The notes under the pieces were generated by a model, which ran no database searches, had not been told where the DNA came from, and saw only the letters and a program-made list of their open reading frames with translations. The translations under genes were made by a program, and so were the position numbers. Of a stretch of 24,805 nt of DNA, positions 8,994 to 16,133 are shown one piece after another (the first letter of the stretch is position 1; each line of letters opens with the position of its first letter). This DNA is from Candidatus Nealsonbacteria bacterium (GTDB lineage Bacteria; Patescibacteriota; Minisyncoccia; Minisyncoccales; RBG-13-42-11): assembly GCA_003556525.1 (NCBI GenBank), contig PWRH01000095.1, positions 1-24,805 of the forward strand. Direction: 5' to 3'.

Positions 8994-9179
8994 ATGAAAA
9001 AAACAAGAAAATCAATTACAAAAAGATTTAAGGTTACCAAGACCGGAAAAGTATTAAGAAGGCAAACCGGCCTTGATCATAATCTTGCAAAAAAATCAAG
9101 CAAAAAAACCAGACAAAGCAGAAAATGGGTCAAGGTTTCCGAGCCCGAATCCAAGAAAATTAAAAAACTTTTAAAATAA
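8994..9179 (+). CDS. rpmI: 50S ribosomal protein L35
   Basis: KTRKSITKRFKVTKTGKVLRR..G..H; position between infC and rplT. Confidence 0.93.
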   Translation: MKKTRKSITKRFKVTKTGKVLRRQTGLDHNLAKKSSKKTRQSRKWVKVSEPESKKIKKLLK

Positions 9180-9182
9180 ATT

Positions 9183-9530
9183 ATGGTCAGAGTAAAAAAG
9201 GGTAAAACAGCCCATAAAAAAAGAAAAAGGACGCTAAAAGAAACCAAAGGGTTTCGCTGGGGCAGAAAATCAAAATACAAATCAGCCAAAGAAGCTTTGA
9301 TGCATGCCAGAGAATATGCTTATCGGGACAGAAGAACAAAAAAAAGAGAGTTCAGAAAACTTTGGCAAATCCAAATTAATGCCGCTACCAGAAAATTAGG
9401 CATGCCTTACTCAAGGTTTATCGCCGGGCTTAAGAAAAAAGAAGTTGAAATTGACAGAAAAATTTTGGCGACTTTGGCAAAAAAACATCCTCAAGTTTTC
9501 GAAAAAATAGTTGAAGAGGTAAAAAGCTAG
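9183..9530 (+). CDS. rplT: 50S ribosomal protein L20
   Basis: MVRVKKG, AYRDRRTKKREFRKLWQIQINAATR, YSRFIAGL, IDRKILA. Confidence 0.97.
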   Translation: MVRVKKGKTAHKKRKRTLKETKGFRWGRKSKYKSAKEALMHAREYAYRDRRTKKREFRKLWQIQINAATRKLGMPYSRFIAGLKKKEVEIDRKILATLAKKHPQVFEKIVEEVKS

Positions 9531-9533
9531 ACC

Positions 9534-9968
9534 CTAATTACTGATAAAACTATTTGCTTTTATCAGTATTTTTTTGGCATTTTTAAAAGAAAGCTTATTT
9601 AGTGCATTTTCAAAATCAAGCCACTTAAAATCAAGATGCTCTGATGAGAGTTCTATTTCTTTGGTTTTTGCTTCAGTCAGAAAAAAAATCACTTTTTTAA
9701 AAACCTTTTCTCCTTTTCTTGAAAAAAAATATTCTTCTTCCTCCTTAAACCCGGAAATAAATTCAATATCTTTCAGGCCTGTTTCTTCTTCAATCTCTCT
9801 TTTGGCTGCCATATAAGCAGTTTCTTTTTTTTCAATACCCCCCTTGGGAAAACCCCAATATTCTTTAACCGGATCGCTTGAGCCGGAAGGATACAAAAGA
9901 ACCAGATAATAAATTTTTTTATCTTCTTTAAAAAAAATAATCGCTCCGGCTGATTTTTCCATTAACAT
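9534..9968 (-). CDS. Nudix hydrolase (Ap4A hydrolase-like)
   Basis: Complete Nudix box G-x5-E-x7-REIEEETGL, with WGFPKG and SSEHLDFKW. The start may be the second Met at 9962. Confidence 0.92.
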   Translation of the reverse strand: MLMEKSAGAIIFFKEDKKIYYLVLLYPSGSSDPVKEYWGFPKGGIEKKETAYMAAKREIEEETGLKDIEFISGFKEEEEYFFSRKGEKVFKKVIFFLTEAKTKEIELSSEHLDFKWLDFENALNKLSFKNAKKILIKANSFISN

Positions 9969-9984
9969 AATTTAATTATTGGCG

Positions 9985-10012
9985 TAAAATAAAAGCTATG
10001 GCTTTTATTTTA
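9985..10012. repeat. Perfect 12-bp inverted repeat (possible terminator or operator)
   Basis: TAAAATAAAAGC-tatg-GCTTTTATTTTA between polX and the Nudix gene. Confidence 0.8.
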
Positions 10013-10019
10013 TAAAAAC

Positions 10020-11753
10020 TTATCTGAAATTTTTTAATAATTTTTCAAAAGAATCGGTGTTGATAATATCTTTTTTCTCAGCCCATCCCCTTCTTGCCTG
10101 ACCAACACCAAAACCAATAAAATCAAGTTGGTCTTTATGGTGGGCATCTGAGTTTATCACCATCTTAACTCCTGCCTGTTTTGCCCGATAAATATTTAAA
10201 TCGTTTAAGTCCATTCTTTTCGGGTAAGAATTTATTTCTAAAGCTTTGTTATATTGTTTTGCCGCTCTTAAAATTTTATCAAAATCTATTTGGTACTCAT
10301 CTCTTTTTTTTAATATTCTGCCTGTGGGATGAGAAATAATATCTATTTCGGGATTTTTAACAGCCTTAATTATCCTTTCGGTTATTTTTTGCCTGCTCAT
10401 TTTAAAGCCGGAATGAACCCCGGCAACAACAAAATCCATTTTTTTAAGAAAACTGTTTTTAATGTCGATTGAGCCATTAGTTAAAATATTCGCTTCGCAA
10501 CCATGCAGCAATCTAAAATTTAAATTCCTGCTGCTTATTTTCAAGTTTATTTTATCTATTTCTTTTTTTTGCAAAGACAACCGCCTTTCATCAAGCCCGT
10601 TTTCAATTTTTAAAAATTTGGTATGGTCTGCGATGCCAAGATATTGGTAGTTCATTTCGATTGCCGACTCAGCCATTTCCTCAATCGTATTTTCTCCCCC
10701 ACTCCAATCAGAATGGCAATGCAAATCTCCTTTAATATCTTTAACGGTTATAAGTTCGGGCAAAACGCTTTTTTGGGCAGCTTCAATTTCTCCTCTGTTT
10801 TCTCTAAGTTCAGGCTCAATCCAATCAAGTCCGAGAATTCTATAAATTTCTTTCTCATCCCATCCGGCAATCATTTTTGACCCCCTAAAAAGGCCGTATT
10901 CGGAAAGTTTCAATTTTTTTTCAATGGCAATCTTTCTTAAAACAATATTATGGTCTTTTGATCCGGTAAAATATTGGAGAGTTGAACCATAATTTTTTTT
11001 CTTAACCACTCTTAGGTCGATATCAAACCCTTGTTCCATTCTTACCGAAGATCTGGTTGGTCCTTTCATCCAAACCTTAACAACCCCGGGCAATTGAACA
11101 AAATAGCCCATTATTTCTTGAGGATTTTTAGCTGTTATTAAAATATCAACATCTCCAACAGTTTCTTTTTTTCTTCTTACCGATCCGGCCACGCTTATTT
11201 GTTCAACTTGCTTTAATTTTTTCAGCTTTTTTAAAATGTCTTCAACCAAAGGTAAAATTTCTCCGAGCAAAAATCTTCCTTTGCTTTTTTTCAAAAAAGC
11301 AATGCTTTCCAAAATATTTTTTTCTGTTTTCTTGTCAAAACCGAACAAAGCAGCTATTTTGTTTTTTTTAGCTGCTTTTTCCAAATCATCCAAATTTTTA
11401 ATTTTGAGTTTTTGATAGAGAGTTTTCGCTTTTTTAGGTCCGATTCCCTGAACTGAAATAAGTTCATCGATATTTAAGGGGAAGCTTTTTTTGTATTCTT
11501 GATAGCGCCTTATTTTGCCTGTTTTTAAATACTCCTCAATCTTTAGAGCAATGCTTTTACCTATACCGGGCATGCTTTCAAGTCCTTTCAACCCTCCTTT
11601 GGCATAAACACTTTCAATATTTTCTTCCATGCCCTCCAAAACAAAAGCTGCTTTTCGGTAGGCTCGAGGCTTAAACTCAACTCCTTCCATTTCCAAATAC
11701 TCCGCTATTTCATAAAATATTTTGGCCAAAATACGATTTTTGGCAAAGTCCAT
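10020..11753 (-). CDS. polX: DNA polymerase X family protein with C-terminal PHP domain
   Basis: RAYRKAA, HhH motifs GIGKSI and GIGPKK, AGSVRRKKETVGDVDIL, DIDLRVV, YFTGSKDHN; PHP motifs DLHCHS, DHT, HPTGR, EINS, NSDAH. Confidence 0.95.
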   Translation of the reverse strand: MDFAKNRILAKIFYEIAEYLEMEGVEFKPRAYRKAAFVLEGMEENIESVYAKGGLKGLESMPGIGKSIALKIEEYLKTGKIRRYQEYKKSFPLNIDELISVQGIGPKKAKTLYQKLKIKNLDDLEKAAKKNKIAALFGFDKKTEKNILESIAFLKKSKGRFLLGEILPLVEDILKKLKKLKQVEQISVAGSVRRKKETVGDVDILITAKNPQEIMGYFVQLPGVVKVWMKGPTRSSVRMEQGFDIDLRVVKKKNYGSTLQYFTGSKDHNIVLRKIAIEKKLKLSEYGLFRGSKMIAGWDEKEIYRILGLDWIEPELRENRGEIEAAQKSVLPELITVKDIKGDLHCHSDWSGGENTIEEMAESAIEMNYQYLGIADHTKFLKIENGLDERRLSLQKKEIDKINLKISSRNLNFRLLHGCEANILTNGSIDIKNSFLKKMDFVVAGVHSGFKMSRQKITERIIKAVKNPEIDIISHPTGRILKKRDEYQIDFDKILRAAKQYNKALEINSYPKRMDLNDLNIYRAKQAGVKMVINSDAHHKDQLDFIGFGVGQARRGWAEKKDIINTDSFEKLLKNFR

Positions 11754-11762
11754 GGCTTTAAA

Positions 11763-12395
11763 TTAAAATTGGCTTTCCGGTTTTTCTCCGGAAATAAACT
11801 TTGGCTTAAAATGCTCTTTTGAAAAAAGATTTTTTTGAATCAAAGATAAAAATGAAGCGGAAATCAGTCCAAAAAAACTTACCAAAATAAAAACAGCTTT
11901 GAATCCCAAAAAGCTGGCTATTATTCCGCCAAAAGCAGCGGCAAAAGCGGCTGCAAAACCGATTGCCGTACTTTGAAGACTCCAAGAAAAAGCTTCCCAG
12001 CCCTTATCAATGTGTCTGGTAAAAATACCGAACCAACTTGGGACAACACAAGCCATGGCCAAACCTCTAATAATTTCAAGTAAAAAAATATGCCAAAGCT
12101 CGGAAGCGAAAAAATAACCCAAAGGGACCAGGTTGGCAACATACATTCCGTAAATCAAAAACTTAAAATCATCTTTTTCTCCTTTGGTTATATCGAGAAA
12201 ATGAGCAATAAAAGGCTGAGCAATGGATTTAATCATCCAATAGGTTGCGGCAATAAAACCAACAATAATCAAACTTCCGCCCTTAATTTGAGTTGTTATA
12301 AAAATAGCAAAAATCGGTCCGATTAAACCCCAACCGCTGTGGAGAAAAAAATCTGAAAAAATAAGAGTTTTAATAACCTTGTTAATTCCAATCAT
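11763..12395 (-). CDS. Half-size (6-TM) MFS-type membrane protein
   Basis: 210 aa with six hydrophobic helices; GLIGPIFAIF..., EIIRGLAMACVVPSW, GGIIA..LGF patterns of an MFS N-terminal half. Confidence 0.82.
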   Translation of the reverse strand: MIGINKVIKTLIFSDFFLHSGWGLIGPIFAIFITTQIKGGSLIIVGFIAATYWMIKSIAQPFIAHFLDITKGEKDDFKFLIYGMYVANLVPLGYFFASELWHIFLLEIIRGLAMACVVPSWFGIFTRHIDKGWEAFSWSLQSTAIGFAAAFAAAFGGIIASFLGFKAVFILVSFFGLISASFLSLIQKNLFSKEHFKPKFISGEKPESQF

Positions 12396-12401
12396 TTTTT
12401 A

Positions 12402-12429
12402 ATCTTATCTTATTTCAAAAAATATTCAA
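12402..12429 (-). promoter_or_regulatory. Putative promoter for MFS-polX, leaderless geometry
   Basis: TTGAAT-N16-TAAGAT, 6 nt before ATG 12395 and just downstream of the gre terminator. Confidence 0.5.
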
Positions 12430-12441
12430 ATTTTTTCAATT

Positions 12442-12475
12442 AAAAAACAGCAGCTTGCTTTCATGCAAACTGCTG
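12442..12475 (-). terminator. Intrinsic terminator after the Gre-family gene
   Basis: CAGCAG-T-TTGC-ATGAAA-GCAA-G-CTGCTG followed by TTTTTT on the minus strand. Confidence 0.85.
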
Positions 12476-12488
12476 CCTGACAAATCAA

Positions 12489-12965
12489 TTAAGAAAGACG
12501 GTACTTTATTTTCTTAATCTTATAAGTTGTCTTAACAGGATAAGATATAATAACCTCGTCTTTAACTTTTGCCCCCAAAAGAGCCTTGCCTACCGGAGAT
12601 TCATTGGAGATTTTACCCAAAGAAGGGTTTGCTTCGAGCGAACCGACAATGGTAAATTCATCGTCTTGACCGTCTATTTCAACTAAAACGGTTGCTCCCA
12701 AGTCAACAAGATTTTGACCTTCTTTTTTGGGGGGAGCGATTAATCGGACATTTTTCATAACTTTTTCAAGTTCAGCTATTTTTGAATCCAAAAAAACCAT
12801 ATCTTCCTGAAAAACAAGATATTCCGGATTAAGATCTTCGGAATGTAAAACTTCGGGAGATTCTCCCTTGCTCTTGGTAGCCCTTAATCCTTTCAGTGCT
12901 TCGTATTCTTTCTTTATTTTTTCCAAACCCTTTTTTGTTAAATAAAAACTTTTTTCTTCTGTCAT
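12489..12965 (-). CDS. greA: GreA/GreB family transcription factor with a divergent coiled-coil tip
   Basis: LTKKGLEKIKKE, NPEY, GATVLV..DG, IVGSLEANP..GKISNESPVGKALLG. The GDLSENAEY tip is altered, so the gene symbol is tentative. Confidence 0.88.
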   Translation of the reverse strand: MTEEKSFYLTKKGLEKIKKEYEALKGLRATKSKGESPEVLHSEDLNPEYLVFQEDMVFLDSKIAELEKVMKNVRLIAPPKKEGQNLVDLGATVLVEIDGQDDEFTIVGSLEANPSLGKISNESPVGKALLGAKVKDEVIISYPVKTTYKIKKIKYRLS

Positions 12966-12993
12966 TAAAATAAATAATTTATTGATATTTTTT

Positions 12994-13020
12994 ATAAAAT
13001 CCCCTGTAATTAAGGGGATT
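12994..13020 (-). terminator. Terminator-like hairpin in the gre leader
   Basis: Perfect 8-bp stem AATCCCCT-taattac-AGGGGATT with a TTTTAT tail, ending about 30 nt before the gre ATG. Confidence 0.65.
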
Positions 13021-13066
13021 AGAAGAGAAATCTTATGTTTGTTATTTTTAAAAACTCACTAATCCC
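13015..13066 (-). promoter_or_regulatory. Candidate antiterminator helix, mutually exclusive with the leader terminator
   Basis: GGGATTAG (13066-13059) pairs perfectly with CTAATCCC (13022-13015), which overlaps the terminator left arm. It can extend by GAG/CTC and TTTTA/TAAGA. Confidence 0.6.
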
Positions 13067-13070
13067 ATTT

Positions 13071-13154
13071 TCAAAAAACCTTTTTTCCAATCAAGGCAAC
13101 GACAAAGCAAATTGTCCAGGGTAACTCAAAATAATTTGTAAAATTTGATGCCAT
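13071..13154 (-). CDS. Candidate 27-aa leader peptide, MASNFTNYFELPWTICFVVALIGKKVF
   Basis: ATG about 28 nt after the predicted TSS; TGA ends 4 nt before the antiterminator 5' arm. No independent evidence of translation. Confidence 0.35.
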   Translation of the reverse strand: MASNFTNYFELPWTICFVVALIGKKVF

Positions 13155-13188
13155 TTTGAAAAAAGACCGAAATGATAATTAATATTTA

Positions 13189-13216
13189 ATTATAGGTGGA
13201 AAATAAATCTTGTCAA
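13189..13216 (-). promoter_or_regulatory. Consensus sigma70 promoter driving the gre leader
   Basis: Perfect hexamers TTGACA (13216-13211), N16, TATAAT (13194-13189). Confidence 0.8.
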
Positions 13217-13238
13217 CCTAAGATTAAATGATTAAAAT
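13210..13238 (+). promoter_or_regulatory. Promoter for ispH-ispG, leaderless geometry
   Basis: TTGTCA-N17-TAAAAT, 5 nt before ATG 13244. Confidence 0.65.
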
Positions 13239-13243
13239 AAACA

Positions 13244-14074
13244 ATGGAAATAATTTCAGCTAAAAATATAGGATTTTGTTTTGGAGTCAAAAGAGCGATT
13301 TCTATTACAAAGCAAACCTTAAAAGAAAAAGAAAGGCCGGTCCAGTTTTTGGGTAGCTTAATTCATAATGAAAATGTTGTTAATGGCTTTTTAAAAAAGG
13401 GAGTGGTTTTTAAAAAAAACATCAAAGAAATAAAATCCGGTGTTTTAATAATTCAAACCCATGGCATTCCGCCCTTTTTTAAAAAATTAAAAGTCAAAGT
13501 AGCAATAAAAGACGCTACTTGCCCCTTGGTTAAAAAAGTCCAGTTGCTGGCCCAATCTCTTACGGAAAAAGATTATCAGGTAATTATTATTGGAGAAAAA
13601 AAACATTCCGAAGTAAAAGGAATCAAAGGGTATGCAAAAAAAAGTATAATAATAGAAAACGAAAAAGAAGCGGAAAAAATTCCTTTTTTTAAAAATAAAA
13701 AAGTTGCCTTAATTTCTCAAACAACTCAAAACCTAAAAAAAGTAAGAAAAATTTTTAAAATTTTGAAAAAAAACAATCCCGGCATTAAAAACTTTAAAAC
13801 GGTTTGCCCTGAAGTTGAAAAAAGGCAAAAAGAAACAAAACAAATTATTAAAAAAGCGGATCAAATTCTAATAATAGGGTCTAAAAAATCAGCCAACACC
13901 AAAAGGCTCTATGAAATTTCAAAAAAATCAGGCAAGCCGGTTTATTGGATAAATTCTTTAAAAGAGTTAAAAAAAGAAAAAATAAACAAGCATGCTTCAA
14001 TAGGGCTGATGTCCGGAACGTCAGCTAATGATACTGAAATTGAAAAAATTAAAAATTATTTACTGAAGATATAA
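13244..14074 (+). CDS. ispH: 4-hydroxy-3-methylbut-2-enyl diphosphate reductase
   Basis: Three Fe-S Cys (GFCFGVKRA, DATCPLV, TVC) plus HN, THG, HSEV, SQTT and SANT motifs. Confidence 0.93.
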   Translation: MEIISAKNIGFCFGVKRAISITKQTLKEKERPVQFLGSLIHNENVVNGFLKKGVVFKKNIKEIKSGVLIIQTHGIPPFFKKLKVKVAIKDATCPLVKKVQLLAQSLTEKDYQVIIIGEKKHSEVKGIKGYAKKSIIIENEKEAEKIPFFKNKKVALISQTTQNLKKVRKIFKILKKNNPGIKNFKTVCPEVEKRQKETKQIIKKADQILIIGSKKSANTKRLYEISKKSGKPVYWINSLKELKKEKINKHASIGLMSGTSANDTEIEKIKNYLLKI

Positions 14075-15165
14075 TGAAAATTAAAAGAAAAAAGACAAGA
14101 ATAATAAAGATCGGCAATAAAAAAATAGGCGGAAACTTTCCGATACTTGTCCAATCAATGACAAATACGCCAACCTCCAATTTTGAAAAAACAATCAAAC
14201 AAATCAAAAGTCTTGAAAAGGCCGGCTGCGAAATAGTAAGAGTCGGAGTACCTGATTTGAAATCAGCCAAAAATATTTCAAAAATAAAAAAACAAATCAA
14301 GATCCCCTTGGTTGCGGATATTCATTTTTCAGCCGAATTGGCAATCGAATCAATTGAGCAAGGTGCGGATAAAATAAGAATAAATCCGGGAAATTTCCCC
14401 AAAAATCAACTGAAAGAAATAGTTGGCCGGGCAAAAAAAAGAAAAATCCCCATAAGAATCGGTATTAACAGCGGGTCCTTGGAGAAAGATCTTTTAATTA
14501 AGCACAACCAAGTAACTCCCGAGATGATGGTTAAGTCAGCACTAAGAAACATTAAATTAATGGAAGATTTAAATTTTTATGAATTGGTAATCTCTCTTAA
14601 GGCACCTGATGCTTTAAGAACAATCAGTGCTTATAAAATGCTTTCTTTAAAAACCAACTATCCTCTTCACCTGGGTATTACCGAAGCGGGAACCGAAGTT
14701 TCAGGAACAATAAAGTCGGCTGTTGGCATAGGTCATCTGCTTTTGGGAGGCATTGGAGACACAATAAGAGTTTCTTTGAGTGCCGATCCGGTAAAAGAAA
14801 TAAGGGTTGGTTGGGAAATTCTTAAAAGCTTGGAAATAAGAGAAAAAGGCGCAAAAATTGTCAGTTGTCCGACTTGTGCCAGAAGTGAAATTAACGTAAT
14901 TGAACTCTCTCAAAAAATTGAACAAATAACGGAAGAAATGGAAACGCCCATTAAAATAGCAATAATGGGATGTATTGTTAACGGCTTGGGCGAAGCAAAA
15001 GAAGCGGACCTGGCAATTGTCGGAATAAAAAAAGCTGCCTTAATTTTTAAAAAAGGCAAAGTGCTCAAAAAAATACCTCCTAAAAAGGCTTTGGGCGAAC
15101 TTAGAAAAGAATTGGCTTTAAAAAAAATTAAGAAGAAAAGTGGCAATCGAAAAATAAATAATTAA
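14074..15165 (+). CDS. ispG: HMBPP synthase (flavodoxin/ferredoxin dependent)
   Basis: VQSMTNT, PLVADIHF, RINPGN, LHLGITEAG, GDTIRVSL, CPTC, MGCIVNGLGE. TAATG coupling with ispH. Confidence 0.96.
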   Translation: MKIKRKKTRIIKIGNKKIGGNFPILVQSMTNTPTSNFEKTIKQIKSLEKAGCEIVRVGVPDLKSAKNISKIKKQIKIPLVADIHFSAELAIESIEQGADKIRINPGNFPKNQLKEIVGRAKKRKIPIRIGINSGSLEKDLLIKHNQVTPEMMVKSALRNIKLMEDLNFYELVISLKAPDALRTISAYKMLSLKTNYPLHLGITEAGTEVSGTIKSAVGIGHLLLGGIGDTIRVSLSADPVKEIRVGWEILKSLEIREKGAKIVSCPTCARSEINVIELSQKIEQITEEMETPIKIAIMGCIVNGLGEAKEADLAIVGIKKAALIFKKGKVLKKIPPKKALGELRKELALKKIKKKSGNRKINN

Positions 15166-16125
15166 ACTCAGCACATCTCTGATGATTGTTCCGATAGGGC
15201 CCGAAGCAATAGCCGGGTCCTTTTTTAATTTATTGAAAAGATAAGGAACAATAATTCCCAAGATAAAAGAGCTGACAATGGTAAAGAAAAGAGAAGCCCC
15301 TAAAATAATACCTATATTTAAAAGGCTAAACATCAGATAAGAAATTAAACCGAGTAAAATTCCCAAAACAAAGGCAATAATAAGGCTGACCTTTATTTCC
15401 TTTAGAAAATATTTTCTAAAATCCAGCTGATAAACCAGACTCCTGACAAACAATGTCTCGGTTTGAGTTCCAACAGCATCTGCCATATAAACAATTAGGG
15501 GAATAAAAGCCGTTAAAATAAACTGATCTCTTAGCGTGCTTTCGAAAAAATGAACAACTTGAGCTGCAAAAAGACCGCCAAAAAGTCCTAAAACAAGCCA
15601 GGGAAGCCTTAATTTTGTTAAGACTTTTGGTGAGGCCTGAAAAATTTTACCGGCAAAACCTTCATTATACTTTGCAATACCGGCAAACTTTAAAACGTCT
15701 TCAATATTTTCAGAGTGCAAAATTTTTAAAATAATATCGGACGGAACAACTCCTAAAAATAAATTTTTCCCATCAACTATCGGAATAGCCTTTAAGTTGT
15801 GTTCTAAGGCTAAAAAAGCGATTTTTTCCTGTTCGATCTCGGGCCGGGCTTTAATAATTTTTTTAACCATTATATCTTCAACTACAGTATCTTCCGCTTG
15901 GCGAAAAATATCTTTTAGGGAAAAAACACCGACCAAAATATCTTCTTTGTCAGTAACATAAATATAATTTAGGGTTTCAAAATCTTTAGCTTGATTAAAA
16001 AGCTTTTCTCTGACATCTAAAATCTTCTCTTCGGGCAATACTTTCGGGACATTAGCTATCATGCTTCGGCCGGCTGATTTCAAAGGATACTTGGGCTTAA
16101 AAATTTTATCAATAATTTTTTGCAT
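15118..16125 (-). CDS. mgtE: MgtE-type magnesium transporter (CBS pair plus TM domain, no N-domain)
   Basis: TLNYIYVTD...LVGVFSLKDI, AIPIVD, RLPWLVLGL, DPAIASGPIGTIIRD. Confidence 0.88.
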   Translation of the reverse strand: MQKIIDKIFKPKYPLKSAGRSMIANVPKVLPEEKILDVREKLFNQAKDFETLNYIYVTDKEDILVGVFSLKDIFRQAEDTVVEDIMVKKIIKARPEIEQEKIAFLALEHNLKAIPIVDGKNLFLGVVPSDIILKILHSENIEDVLKFAGIAKYNEGFAGKIFQASPKVLTKLRLPWLVLGLFGGLFAAQVVHFFESTLRDQFILTAFIPLIVYMADAVGTQTETLFVRSLVYQLDFRKYFLKEIKVSLIIAFVLGILLGLISYLMFSLLNIGIILGASLFFTIVSSFILGIIVPYLFNKLKKDPAIASGPIGTIIRDVLSLIIYFSIATFLLNFF

Positions 16126-16133
16126 AATCCAAA

